Below, one piece after another: positions 35,107-44,589 of a stretch of 64,000 nucleotides of DNA. The stretch spans positions 42,018-106,017 of the forward strand of contig DAISWO010000003.1 in the NCBI GenBank assembly GCA_036826295.1. Direction: 5' to 3'. How positions within the stretch are numbered: the stretch's first letter is position 1; the number at the start of each line of letters is the position of its first letter. Origin of the DNA: Candidatus Saccharimonadota bacterium (lineage in GTDB: Bacteria; Patescibacteriota; Saccharimonadia; Saccharimonadales; JAGQNJ01). The position numbers and the translations under genes are program-made. The notes under the pieces were generated by a model that saw only the letters and a program-made list of their open reading frames with translations, did not search any database and was not told the DNA's origin.

Positions 35107-36615
35107 CTACATTTTCAAATCAGGATATATGGACTTAGTCGTCTGATCAATTTCTGTTCGTAATTGAGGGAATGGAACACCTTCCCTCGCAGACACGCCC
35201 TCAAATATCCAAAAAACTCGCTCTGCATAACCTAGTCCACAAGCAGGAGGCATGCCATACTCGAGCATTTCAACATAATCAATATCTAGCATCTGTGCTT
35301 CATCATCACCCTCGTCGCGCATTTTTTGTTGTTGCACAAAACGATCAAGCTGGTCCACTGGATCATTTAACTCACTCCAGCCATTACTTAACTCACTGCC
35401 AGCAATTACGGCCTGAAAACGCTGAACGAACCTTGGGTCATCATCGTCTGTCTTTGATAACGGAGATATAAATGTCGGGGTATCTATAAGCCATACCGGT
35501 CCAGCAACACTTGCACGAATTTTCTTCCATAATTTGTCGATTCCTCTGGCTTTGTTCTCGGTCTTCTCAACTTCAATCTTATGTTTTTTTAGCTCACTTT
35601 TTATTTGTTCTATCGTGCAATCAAACACATCTATCCCGTAATGTTTCTTGATGACATCAGCATATTTCCAACGTTCCCACTTAACGCCCATGTCGATTTT
35701 CATACCTCTAACTTCAAATTTCAGCGTCCCGAAAGTCTCAAGTAAGACTTTTTTAAACATCTCTTCCATCAATTCCATGCCGTCTTCCCAATCGGCATAG
35801 GCCCAATACCATTCCATGGCAACATGTTCTGGCAAATGTTCGTCACTATAATTTTCATTACGAAACCTTGGGCCAATATCAAACACCCTCTCGTAACCTC
35901 CGCCAATTAATCGCTTCAACGGAAGTTCATGAGATATTCGTAAATAAAAATCTTGATCAAGTGCATCCATATGAGTAACAAATGGGGTTGCATCTGCCCC
36001 ACCGGTTGTATGTTCTAGCACTGGGACATTAATCTCTAGAAAATCTTTGTCTAATAAAAACTGTCTTGTCGCTTGCCAGAACTTACTCCGTCTGACGAAA
36101 CGATCATAAACATCTTTGTTGACATTCGTATCTACATATCGTCGTCTTAATCTTTCTTCTTTATTCGTAAATCCATCTTCTTTTGTGGGCATTGGTCTTA
36201 GCGACTTCGTTAGTAACCTTAGCTTTTCCACGGCAACCGAAATTTCGCCAGTTTTGGTTTTAATAACTTTTCCTGTAGCTTCCACAAAATCACCAGGATC
36301 CAGTAATTTTAGATCTGAGTAATTCAGCTCACTATTTGGGTAATGAGCATCGCTTCGACCCTCATCTTTATTAAATAACTGAACTTCTCCGCTCGCGTCC
36401 TTTATAACTACAAAAGCTAGTTTGCCAATATCCCGTATCCGAATAATCCTGCCCACAACCGATACTGTCTTGTTCTCAAGCGCAGAAAAGTTTTCAATAA
36501 CATCTAGATTATTGTGAGTTCGTTTCGTCTTTGCAGGGTATGGATTTATACCGAGTTTTTTTAAATCCTCTATCTTCCGAAGTCTCTCGGCCCTTAATTC
36601 AATCAAATTTGCCAT
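35107..36615 (-). CDS. lysS: Lysine--tRNA ligase, class II
   Basis: 502 aa. OB-fold N-terminal domain and class II motifs (FRNE, GGLGIGIDR-like ACGLGYAERV). Confidence 0.93.
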   Translation of the reverse strand: MANLIELRAERLRKIEDLKKLGINPYPAKTKRTHNNLDVIENFSALENKTVSVVGRIIRIRDIGKLAFVVIKDASGEVQLFNKDEGRSDAHYPNSELNYSDLKLLDPGDFVEATGKVIKTKTGEISVAVEKLRLLTKSLRPMPTKEDGFTNKEERLRRRYVDTNVNKDVYDRFVRRSKFWQATRQFLLDKDFLEINVPVLEHTTGGADATPFVTHMDALDQDFYLRISHELPLKRLIGGGYERVFDIGPRFRNENYSDEHLPEHVAMEWYWAYADWEDGMELMEEMFKKVLLETFGTLKFEVRGMKIDMGVKWERWKYADVIKKHYGIDVFDCTIEQIKSELKKHKIEVEKTENKARGIDKLWKKIRASVAGPVWLIDTPTFISPLSKTDDDDPRFVQRFQAVIAGSELSNGWSELNDPVDQLDRFVQQQKMRDEGDDEAQMLDIDYVEMLEYGMPPACGLGYAERVFWIFEGVSAREGVPFPQLRTEIDQTTKSIYPDLKM

Positions 36616-36668
36616 ACCATTAAATTGTACGATGGCTGACTAATCTAAACAACTATTTACCTCTATAT

Positions 36669-37130
36669 TTACGAAATCGAGACAATTTTATACGTAGTAG
36701 TGTCGGCGGGCGTAACAATCTCGACACTATCGCCAACCTTACGGCCAAGTAATGTCTTACCGATCGGTGATTCGTCTGAAATCTTCCCATTTAGCGGATC
36801 AGCTTCAACCGTTCCTACGATCAAAAACTCTTTCTTTTTGCCTGCAGTACTTTTTAGTTCAACTTTAGAGCCTAATTTTACCGTTCCATCGGTTTTTGGC
36901 TTCTTAATAATCTCGACACTTCTTAAGATGTTCTCAATTTCAGATATCCTAGTTTCAGCTTTCCCCTGCTCTTCTCGTGCAGAAGTATATTCGGCATTTT
37001 CGGCAAGATCACCAAACTCTCTAGCAGATTTAATCCTCTCAGAAACCTCGCCTCGCTCAGAAATTAACTTTGTTAATTCTTTTTTTATCTCGGCAACGCC
37101 CTCTTTAGTCAAATGGAATTGTTTTTTCAT
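36669..37130 (-). CDS. greA: Transcription elongation factor GreA
   Basis: 153 aa. LTKEGVAEIKKEL...GDLAENAEY coiled-coil tip motif. Confidence 0.9.
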   Translation of the reverse strand: MKKQFHLTKEGVAEIKKELTKLISERGEVSERIKSAREFGDLAENAEYTSAREEQGKAETRISEIENILRSVEIIKKPKTDGTVKLGSKVELKSTAGKKKEFLIVGTVEADPLNGKISDESPIGKTLLGRKVGDSVEIVTPADTTTYKIVSIS

Positions 37131-37198
37131 CTTTAGTCCTCTTTAGCTGAATTACGTTATTGTACCTCTAAAGTCGCTGTATTATAGCAACCCTAGCC

Positions 37199-38449
37199 CT
37201 ACCTGGCTAGTTTTTTTAATAACTGTTCAACTGATTGTAATTCGGTGTCTTTTTCAGTGCGTTTTTTATACTCGTACTTGCCTGCCTCCACAGTTTTGGC
37301 ACTAATAACAACCCGATGAGGGATACCAATTAAATCAGCGTCAGCAAATTTCTCGCCAGCTCTTGCATCACGATCATCGTACAGTACCTCAATACCTTTT
37401 TCCTGTAAGGTTCGATAAAGACTATCAGCGCTAGCCACTACCTTCTGTTCCTCACCTAACCTTACGATCACGACTCTAGCTGGCGCTACTTCATCAGTCC
37501 AAACTAGACCTCGCTCATCGCTAAACTTTTCCGCAATAACACCCATAATTCGGGTAATTCCAATACCGTAAGATCCTAAATGTACTGGTACTTGTTCCCC
37601 ATTTTCGTCAGTAAACGTAAAGCTCATTTGCTCTGATTTTTCAGTACCAAAATTGAATATATTACCAACTTCCGCAGTTTTTACTTTTTCAAGTCCATCA
37701 CGGCTAATACCTAGCTCTGCCAGGTTCTCATCGCTCATCACTTCTTCGTTTACAGCGATATCTTTTTCACGATTCAGATAAATTACGTCTTCGCCAGCCT
37801 CACAAATTGTCTGGAACTCGTGGCTAAATTTGGTAAATGCTCCGCCACTGGCAAAAGTTACGTAAGTATCCTTGCCTAGACCCAAACGATCGTACACTCG
37901 CAAATAGGCATTAATTGTCAATTGGTAAAAATCCTCGTGTTGATCAGCATTAGTACTTAATGAGTACATGTCCTTCATAACAAATTCGCGGCCACGCATT
38001 ATTCCGCTCTTGGCCCGCAACTCGTTTCGCAACTTCGTCTGGAACTGATAAACATACACCGGCAAGTCTTTATAGCTAGAGATATATTGTTGCATCATTT
38101 CTACTATCGCCTCTTCGTGTGACCAGCCAAAACCAACCTCTGTATCGTCTTTTAGCTTTGACTTGAACCACACATCAACCACCTCGTCATCCCATCGTGA
38201 AGTAGTTTCCCAAGTTTCTTTTTTCTGCAGAGAACTCATGATTAGTTCCTGCCCGCCAATCTTATTCATTTCTTCTCGAACAATTTGTTTGATGTTCTCC
38301 ACCACACGTAAACCTAATGGCGTATAGGCATAAACGCCAGCCATTACTTTGTATATATATCCGGCCTGAATTAGTAATTGAGCATTCTTCGCTGTTTCGT
38401 CAGCTGGCACTTCTTTTCTAGTTTTAGTAAATAATTGTGAGTATTTCAT
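37199..38449 (-). CDS. proS: Proline--tRNA ligase, bacterial-type but lacking the INS editing domain
   Basis: 416 aa. MKYSQLFTKTRKEVPADETAKNAQLLIQAGYI and class II motifs. Only about 30 residues lie where the ~180-aa INS domain normally sits between motifs 2 and 3. Confidence 0.88.
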   Translation of the reverse strand: MKYSQLFTKTRKEVPADETAKNAQLLIQAGYIYKVMAGVYAYTPLGLRVVENIKQIVREEMNKIGGQELIMSSLQKKETWETTSRWDDEVVDVWFKSKLKDDTEVGFGWSHEEAIVEMMQQYISSYKDLPVYVYQFQTKLRNELRAKSGIMRGREFVMKDMYSLSTNADQHEDFYQLTINAYLRVYDRLGLGKDTYVTFASGGAFTKFSHEFQTICEAGEDVIYLNREKDIAVNEEVMSDENLAELGISRDGLEKVKTAEVGNIFNFGTEKSEQMSFTFTDENGEQVPVHLGSYGIGITRIMGVIAEKFSDERGLVWTDEVAPARVVIVRLGEEQKVVASADSLYRTLQEKGIEVLYDDRDARAGEKFADADLIGIPHRVVISAKTVEAGKYEYKKRTEKDTELQSVEQLLKKLAR

Positions 38450-38454
38450 TGCTT

Positions 38455-39243
38455 TTATCCTACCACAAAGCGCGTCTCAAGACGGCCAGTCATGTCTTCG
38501 CTTACTGCAGACATTCGAGCATCAACACCAGCTTGTGCAGCCGTCCAAAGCGCATTAACGCCTGCCGATAAGCCTCCTGTACCTTCGTTACTTTTGGAGC
38601 GAGCTTCTGCCATTGCACGAACACTATCGATATTATGCCGGTTAACTACTTCAATAAGTTGCTCATCGTCATCGTAAACTCCTCCAGCCTCTTTATATAT
38701 CCGAAGTATTGTGGCCCCAGTAGCTACTGCAATATGAGAACCCATCCCATCATTTTCTCCACCAACATATATTTTCATCAGCTCTCGAAGGCTAAGGGCA
38801 GATTCATTGACAACTGTGTCTATTCCACTCTCCCCATTATCTTCTATTAAGTTAAAGAAATTATCTCGTTCTTCATTGTTGCGATATTTATGCCACCATC
38901 TATGGCCATTTAGCTGCCGGTGCGTAATATCTAGACTGATCGCCAGTCTACCCATTTCTTCTAGCTCTTTTTCCCAAATCCTGAACACCTCCGTCATCCC
39001 TAGAGCAGCACATTGCTGAAGAGTCATATCTCCCGCGCGTTCTGATCCGTACATGCGCTCTGCTTTCTGTCTACCTGTTTCAGCTGCTCCCGAAGTTACA
39101 ATAATATGCTGATCTTCAGGAAATGATCCAATCAATCCCCTTGCATAGCCACCGATCGCATCCGCGTCAACAAGTCCATCTTTTGTGACTAAATTCGTTC
39201 CAAGTTTGCTTACTCTTAAATTTTTCATTTCAAAGTTCTCCAT
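38455..39243 (-). CDS. Amino-acid kinase family protein, glutamate 5-kinase (ProB)-like without PUA domain
   Basis: 262 aa. VSKLGTNLVT, IIVTSGAAETG and GTGGLSAGV follow the ProB order of motifs but are divergent. An alternative start is ATG 39228 (MKNLRVSKLG) with GGAGAA SD. Confidence 0.6.
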   Translation of the reverse strand: MENFEMKNLRVSKLGTNLVTKDGLVDADAIGGYARGLIGSFPEDQHIIVTSGAAETGRQKAERMYGSERAGDMTLQQCAALGMTEVFRIWEKELEEMGRLAISLDITHRQLNGHRWWHKYRNNEERDNFFNLIEDNGESGIDTVVNESALSLRELMKIYVGGENDGMGSHIAVATGATILRIYKEAGGVYDDDEQLIEVVNRHNIDSVRAMAEARSKSNEGTGGLSAGVNALWTAAQAGVDARMSAVSEDMTGRLETRFVVG

Positions 39244-39245
39244 TT

Positions 39246-39280
39246 AAAAACCCCTCATTGTATTTGAGGGGTGTTATTTT
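39246..39280 (-). terminator. Rho-independent terminator after the CPBP protease gene, abutting the ProB-like start
   Basis: Minus strand: CCCCTCA-AATACAA-TGAGGGG followed by TTTTT, then AA ATG (39243). Confidence 0.55.
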
Positions 39281-39383
39281 CAATTTTATATTTATATAAA
39301 TACTAAATTACACCCGCTTGGGGTGGTGTGGGCATAACAATTTGAATAATTCTGTATTCTGCCATGGTTTAAAATATTATAAC

Positions 39384-40178
39384 CTATCTGACCTGAAATA
39401 CAAACAACAACGTGAAAGCAATACCATTTTTCATCATGTGGAGCATTATTGGTGCGCCAAGCCCACCTGTCTTTTCTCTTAGATAAATTAATACTAACGA
39501 TAAAATGAAGGTATCTATCGCAGCAATCCACAATAATTCTGCCCCGCTACCAAATTGTAAGTGGGCTGCTGCAAACAAAACGCTAGTTATAATAACCGCA
39601 GCCCATTTTGGGAATCCATTCTTTAGGCCAGTATAGAGAAACCCTCTTGCTAGAACCTCTTCTACGAAAGGTGCAGCCACCACTAGACTCAGAAAGACTA
39701 ATAACAGAGATAGTCCCTGTTGTGCGGTGTCGAACCCGATTTGTTGTTCTTGCTCCAGGTTAACACCCGGAACGATTGCCTTAACAACAACAGTGACAAC
39801 CGCAAAACTTAAAAAATATACCCCTAGCGCCAGTAGAGCGTATATAAAGTCAGTAATTTTAGGGAGTTTTAAGCCAAGGTATTTGAAATTTCGTTTTTTC
39901 CGCTTTAAAAGATAATTAAGCATTATTAGAACGAACAATTCAATCAAAATTATCAGGCCGAACTTTGCCCCGACTGTATCCAGCCACGCTTCTGATCTAG
40001 CTTTGTCCATGCCAAATATCGATGGAATCATCAATATTAATAATCCCCCAATCACTTGCGAGGTTAAAAATACACCTATGGTTAGGAAGACAGTCGGAAC
40101 TGGCTTCCAAAAAACTGACTTTTCTGCTTTATCTTGATTGTTTTTAACTATCAACTTCTCCTGCGTCGTCTCGCTCAC
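39384..40178 (-). CDS. CPBP family intramembrane glutamic endopeptidase (CAAX protease-like)
   Basis: EEVLARGF (EExxxR) and FAAAH (FxxxH) motifs in a polytopic membrane protein. Confidence 0.8.
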   Translation of the reverse strand: MSETTQEKLIVKNNQDKAEKSVFWKPVPTVFLTIGVFLTSQVIGGLLILMIPSIFGMDKARSEAWLDTVGAKFGLIILIELFVLIMLNYLLKRKKRNFKYLGLKLPKITDFIYALLALGVYFLSFAVVTVVVKAIVPGVNLEQEQQIGFDTAQQGLSLLLVFLSLVVAAPFVEEVLARGFLYTGLKNGFPKWAAVIITSVLFAAAHLQFGSGAELLWIAAIDTFILSLVLIYLREKTGGLGAPIMLHMMKNGIAFTLLFVFQVR

Positions 40179-41297
40179 CTAAAAGAACCTCCTCACATCA
40201 ATCACAGTAATAAGCACAAAAAGTATCATCAACGCCACAAAACCCACTCCATGAATCAAATCTTCTTTCTCTTTGGTCAGCGGTTTCTTCATTGCCCTAT
40301 AAGCCAACGTTACAAAAAGCCTACCGCCATCAAGGGCTGGAATCGGTAGGATATTCATAATTGCTAGCGTTAGAGAGATTATCCCAATTATCATCAGTAT
40401 GAACCTGGTGCCTAGCAAACTCCCGTCCTTTAATATGACAAATATCCCTACTGGGCCCGCTACTTGTTGGGCGGCCTCTGATCCGTTGCCGGTGAAAATA
40501 CTCGCAATTGCCGAACCTAACCCATTTAGGGTCATCCAAGTGAATTGTCCAGCTGAACCAACGGCCACGATTGGCGCCGACCATGTCGAACGTCGTAATT
40601 CATAAACCGTAGGTGTTATACCAAGATAACCTTTGGGATTATCAGTATTCTTTGACTCATCTACCTCTTCTGTAGACCTAAGCTGAACTTGAGCCATTTG
40701 TCGCTTGCCGGCACGCTCAAAACTTACATATGCACTTTGATCAGCTAATTTTTCGGTTTCATTAGGAAATTGCTCCACGTCTATAACCTCAACAATAGTA
40801 GTTGGTGTTTTACCTACTCCGATAATTTTATCTTGCACTTTAAAACCTGCTTTTTCAGCAGGCGAGCCTGGTTCGACAACTGCAATTAACACATCTTTAC
40901 TAGAGACTATCGTGTCACTAGCAACACTAAACTGATTTTCAAATAATTTTGGCATACCGATCAGCGCTAGCACAAAGAATATTAATATAGCTGTTATTAG
41001 GTTCATGACTACCCCAGCAGTCATGATTTTCACTTTATTCCCTAAAGTAGCGGACCCATAACTCCCCTTATCAGTAGCCGAATCATTCTCTCCTTTAAGT
41101 CTTACGAATCCACCGAGTGGCAACAAATTTATACTAAGGAGCATCTTGCTCTTGAGTTTCTTGCCCCATACTTTCGGCGGGAATCCAATCCCAAACTCTT
41201 CTACAACCACACCACTTTTTCGGGCCGCATAATAATGTCCAAACTCGTGGACAATCACTAAACAAACAAACAAAAATATTCCTATTACTAACAGCAT
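40179..41297 (-). CDS. rseP: RIP metalloprotease RseP (site-2 protease, M50) with PDZ domain
   Basis: HEFGHYYAA (HExxH), NILPIPALDGG (NxxPxxxLDG), central PDZ. Confidence 0.88.
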   Translation of the reverse strand: MLLVIGIFLFVCLVIVHEFGHYYAARKSGVVVEEFGIGFPPKVWGKKLKSKMLLSINLLPLGGFVRLKGENDSATDKGSYGSATLGNKVKIMTAGVVMNLITAILIFFVLALIGMPKLFENQFSVASDTIVSSKDVLIAVVEPGSPAEKAGFKVQDKIIGVGKTPTTIVEVIDVEQFPNETEKLADQSAYVSFERAGKRQMAQVQLRSTEEVDESKNTDNPKGYLGITPTVYELRRSTWSAPIVAVGSAGQFTWMTLNGLGSAIASIFTGNGSEAAQQVAGPVGIFVILKDGSLLGTRFILMIIGIISLTLAIMNILPIPALDGGRLFVTLAYRAMKKPLTKEKEDLIHGVGFVALMILFVLITVIDVRRFF

Positions 41298-41992
41298 TAT
41301 TTTCCGAACCTCCTTATGCGCCTTTTATAATCGTTTATAGCATCATTGAGGTCATTCTTATCAAAATCAGGCCAAAATTTGTCATTAAAAAATAGTTCTG
41401 CATACGCAGCCTTATACAACATGAACCCACTCAGTCTTTTTTCACCTGAAGTCCTAATAATCATGTCCAGATTAGGGAAATCCCTTGAATACAATAGTTG
41501 TTCAAAGTCTTCTTTACTTAGACGTTTACCATCTTTTTGATCATGATATTTGTTCACTGCATCAATAATCTCATTCTGACCACCGTAATTGAAGCACAAA
41601 CCGACTGTAGCTACCGTATTATTTTTTGTTAGTTCTTCTGCTTTTTCTATAGCTAGTACCAATTTAGAGCTTAGTCTATCTCTTGAACCGACAAATATAA
41701 CCTTTATATTATCCCCATGTAACTGGGCGACATCTTTCGTGGCGATTTTTAGTGCTAATTTCATTAAATAGCTAACTTCCTTCTCGCTTCTCTCCCAATT
41801 TTCAGTTGAAAACGCATAGGCAGAGATGTATTTTATTCCCTGATCTACAGCTTCTTTAATAATAGTTTTAAGGTTTTCATAACCTCTAGCGTGACCCTGA
41901 AAGATTGGTAGACCGTTAGCTTTTGCCCAACGACGGTTTCCGTCCAATATTAGTCCGAGATGTTTTATTTCTACTGCATGTTCTTCGGTCAC
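41297..41992 (-). CDS. uppS: Isoprenyl transferase (undecaprenyl diphosphate synthase)
   Basis: HLGLILDGNRRWA and the RTSGEKRLSGF motif. Confidence 0.92.
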   Translation of the reverse strand: MTEEHAVEIKHLGLILDGNRRWAKANGLPIFQGHARGYENLKTIIKEAVDQGIKYISAYAFSTENWERSEKEVSYLMKLALKIATKDVAQLHGDNIKVIFVGSRDRLSSKLVLAIEKAEELTKNNTVATVGLCFNYGGQNEIIDAVNKYHDQKDGKRLSKEDFEQLLYSRDFPNLDMIIRTSGEKRLSGFMLYKAAYAELFFNDKFWPDFDKNDLNDAINDYKRRIRRFGK

Positions 41993-42028
41993 TTAACTAT
42001 TCCCCCTCTAAGGATTACTCGACAAAAA

Positions 42029-42592
42029 CTAAACAGTCATTATTTCTCGTTCTTTAGCTTTAACAGCTGATTCACACTGAGTTTTGTATCTTTGCATAAT
42101 CTCATCAACCTGCTTTTCAAACCGACTAAATTCATCTTCTCCAATATCTTTATCTTTTTTAGCTCCTTCGGCTATTTCGCGAGCTTCATGACGGATATTT
42201 CTCATCCTAATCATTGCTTCTTCAGCTTTTGCCCCTAACTGCTTCACAATCTCTCTTCTACGCTCTTCATTAAGTGGCGGAATTGGAATCCTAATTATCC
42301 TACCATCATCAGTCGGGTTAAAGCCTAGGCTTTGATTATCTCGAATTGCTTGAGATATCGACTGGATATTATTCGGGTCAAAAGGTGAAATTTGAAGTAA
42401 TTGTGGTTCTGGGCACGATATTGTTGCCACTTGGATTAACGGCATGGGCGTTCCATACGCCTCCACCTTAACGCTATCTAGCATTGACGCATTCGCTCGT
42501 CCAGTCCTAACCTTTTTTAGCTCAATTTGTAGATGCTCAAACGCCTGTTTGAATTTTTGCTCAGTAGTAGTGAATAAGTCGTTAATATTCAT
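42029..42592 (-). CDS. frr: Ribosome recycling factor
   Basis: 187 aa. Typical RRF pattern (VRTGRANASMLD, IRIPIPPLNEERRRE). Confidence 0.93.
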   Translation of the reverse strand: MNINDLFTTTEQKFKQAFEHLQIELKKVRTGRANASMLDSVKVEAYGTPMPLIQVATISCPEPQLLQISPFDPNNIQSISQAIRDNQSLGFNPTDDGRIIRIPIPPLNEERRREIVKQLGAKAEEAMIRMRNIRHEAREIAEGAKKDKDIGEDEFSRFEKQVDEIMQRYKTQCESAVKAKEREIMTV

Positions 42593-42629
42593 ATTTGTCT
42601 ATACGTTTATTGTAATGCAATTTACGTTT

Positions 42630-43220
42630 TTACGATACTTCACCTATTTGCATACGAGAGAATCGCCTAACTATCAGATTCTCGCCAAGTTTTGCCCCAT
42701 GTTCTTTTACATACTGGTCCACTGTAATTTCTGGGTTTTTTACGAATGGCTGTTCTAGCAAGCATTTTTCAGAAAAATATTTTTTCACCATTCCATCGGC
42801 AATTTTTTCTACCATATCAGTTGGTTTGCCGTCTAATTTAGCTTTTTCGCTGAATTCAGACTTCTGTTTATCAATCTCCTCTTTTGGAATATCATCCATC
42901 GAAACATACATAGGCGCGGATGCAGCAACATGCATACAAACGTCCTTAACAAGGTTCGTAAACAATTCATTCCTGGCTACAAAATCAGTCTCGCAGTTTA
43001 GTTCAACCAAAACACCGATTCGACTATCGTGGTTATATGTCCCAATAACTCCGGCGCGGGCTTCTCTCTCACCCCTCTTTTCAGCCTTTGTGAGGCCTTT
43101 TTTTCGCATTGCCTTCAAGGCTACTTCAAAGTCACCATTAGCCTCAACTAATGCTTTCTTTGCATCAGTTATGCCAACACCTGTTAATTCTCGTAGTCGT
43201 TTAATCTCTTTAATGTCCAC
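42630..43220 (-). CDS. tsf: Elongation factor Ts (short form)
   Basis: IKRLRELTGVGITDAKKAL UBA-like N-terminus. 196 aa. Confidence 0.9.
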   Translation of the reverse strand: MDIKEIKRLRELTGVGITDAKKALVEANGDFEVALKAMRKKGLTKAEKRGEREARAGVIGTYNHDSRIGVLVELNCETDFVARNELFTNLVKDVCMHVAASAPMYVSMDDIPKEEIDKQKSEFSEKAKLDGKPTDMVEKIADGMVKKYFSEKCLLEQPFVKNPEITVDQYVKEHGAKLGENLIVRRFSRMQIGEVS

Positions 43221-43223
43221 TGT

Positions 43224-43958
43224 CTACTCCTCCTTCTTGTCGTCTTCAGCTTTTACTTCAGTTTTTTGTTTAGATTTTCCACTATTTATTGACGCAGTTA
43301 ACAATTCTCCGATTAAATCGTGAGTTTTCTTTGAATCATCATTGCAAGGTATAGGCCAATCAACTAATGATGGGTCAACGTTAGTGTCAACAATAGCGAC
43401 AACTGGAACACCTAGCTTTCTCGCCTCTTTAATAGCATTGTCATCATGCAGGGCATCAAAAACAAAAACTACATTTGGTTTTGCTGGCATAGCTTTAATA
43501 CCGCCATACATCCAATTCATATGATCAATCTCTTCTTGTACCCTCTGGAGCTCAAGTTTGTTATATCGGGCCGCAAATTGGCCTGACTGCATTTTTTCTT
43601 CTAAATCTTTTAGGTACTTAATTCGACCTTGAATGGTCTTACCGTTAGTCAGCATGCCGCCAATCCATCTGTTAACCACGTATGGCGAGCTTGTTTCATC
43701 AGCAGCCTTACGAGCAGCCTCTTGTGCTTGCTTCTTGGTACCAACAATTAACACGGTCTTGTTCTGAGCCACTGTTTGTTCTACGAAATCCAATGCTAAT
43801 GTCAGATTATCTGCCGTTTGCACTAGATCAATGATATGAATTCCACCGCGCTTGCTGTGAATATATGGTGCCATTTTTGGATGCCACCGACTAGTTTTGT
43901 GCCCAAAGTGCGCACCGGCCTCTAACAGCTTCTTAATATCTACATCGTTTGATGCCAT
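43224..43958 (-). CDS. rpsB: 30S ribosomal protein S2
   Basis: LLEAGAHFGHKTSRWHPKM signature. 244 aa. Confidence 0.95.
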   Translation of the reverse strand: MASNDVDIKKLLEAGAHFGHKTSRWHPKMAPYIHSKRGGIHIIDLVQTADNLTLALDFVEQTVAQNKTVLIVGTKKQAQEAARKAADETSSPYVVNRWIGGMLTNGKTIQGRIKYLKDLEEKMQSGQFAARYNKLELQRVQEEIDHMNWMYGGIKAMPAKPNVVFVFDALHDDNAIKEARKLGVPVVAIVDTNVDPSLVDWPIPCNDDSKKTHDLIGELLTASINSGKSKQKTEVKAEDDKKEE

Positions 43959-44102
43959 TTAATATAATCCTTTCTCTTCGGTAGAGCTTCTCAAAAAAAT
44001 CACAAGAGATCATTTTAAGAGAGGATTTGTTACACTACCTGATTAATAATGATGTACCTATACTATCATGTATATGATATTTGTCTATAACACATATCTC
44101 TG

Positions 44103-44131
44103 TTGACTCCTAGCTAACAGATGTGTATACT
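44103..44131 (+). promoter_or_regulatory. Sigma-70-like promoter for rpmE (very short leader)
   Basis: -35 TTGACT (44103-44108), 17-nt spacer, -10 TATACT (44126-44131). ATG at 44144. Confidence 0.6.
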
Positions 44132-44143
44132 TTGGCTTTGATT

Positions 44144-44509
44144 ATGAAAAAAGATCTACACCCAAAGAATTATCGGACTGTCGTATTTCAAGACCTGAAT
44201 AACGACTGGTCTTTACTGACCCGCTCAACAGTTGACTCTGAAGAAACAATCAAATGGGAAGACGGTAACGAGTACCCTCTAGTAAAAGTGCATATTAGTA
44301 GCGCTTCTCACCCATTCTTTACTGGGCAAGAAAAACTTGTCGACGTTGAAGGTCGAGTAGACCGCTTTAAAGCCCGAAAAGATGCTGCTGAAAAAGCCAA
44401 AGCTGAAAAACTAGCTAGCTTGAAAAAATCAAAGCCAAAAACTACTGTAAAAAAAGAAGCTCCGGTAAAGCTCGAAGCTACTGCTCAGTCAAAAACTCCC
44501 GACAACTAG
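44144..44509 (+). CDS. rpmE: 50S ribosomal protein L31, type B (no CxxC) with Lys/Ala-rich C-terminal extension
   Basis: [17 protein letters not shown]...HPFFTG. No zinc-binding cysteines. About 40 extra residues ([30 protein letters not shown]...). Start trimmed from the track GTG 44123. Confidence 0.88.
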   Translation: MKKDLHPKNYRTVVFQDLNNDWSLLTRSTVDSEETIKWEDGNEYPLVKVHISSASHPFFTGQEKLVDVEGRVDRFKARKDAAEKAKAEKLASLKKSKPKTTVKKEAPVKLEATAQSKTPDN

Positions 44510-44528
44510 CGCCTCGACTTTTAATTAA

Positions 44529-44563
44529 ACAGTTTTAGCTATACGCATAAGCTGTTTTTCTTT
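44529..44563 (+). terminator. Candidate terminator after rpmE
   Basis: ACAG(tttt)AGCT-atacgcata-AGCTGT followed by TTTTTCTTTT. The stem is short and bulged. Confidence 0.4.
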
Positions 44564-44589
44564 TATACTAATAACTAACGAGATAAATT

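Noticed and set aside
39292-39531. 79-aa minus-strand ORF overlapping the 3' end of the CPBP protease gene.
   Set aside because: It is out of frame within a well-supported gene and has an implausible Cys/His/Trp-rich composition. Its downstream (3') end extends past the CPBP stop into the 39292-39383 intergenic spacer, a short distance from the terminator hairpin at 39246-39280.
40330-40584. Same-strand internal ORFs: 40330-40584 in rseP, 20842-21039 in pyrG, 47666-47908 in the membrane protein gene, and 18637-18978 opposite rpmA.
   Set aside because: They are alternative-frame artefacts within stronger genes and have no independent signals.
41297-43958. Absence of pyrH between tsf and frr, and of cdsA/dxr between uppS and rseP, compared with the common rpsB-tsf-pyrH-frr-uppS-cdsA-rseP order.
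   Set aside because: The junctions are tight (37-nt and overlapping) with no gene remnants. This is consistent with lineage-level gene loss or relocation and cannot be evaluated from one window.
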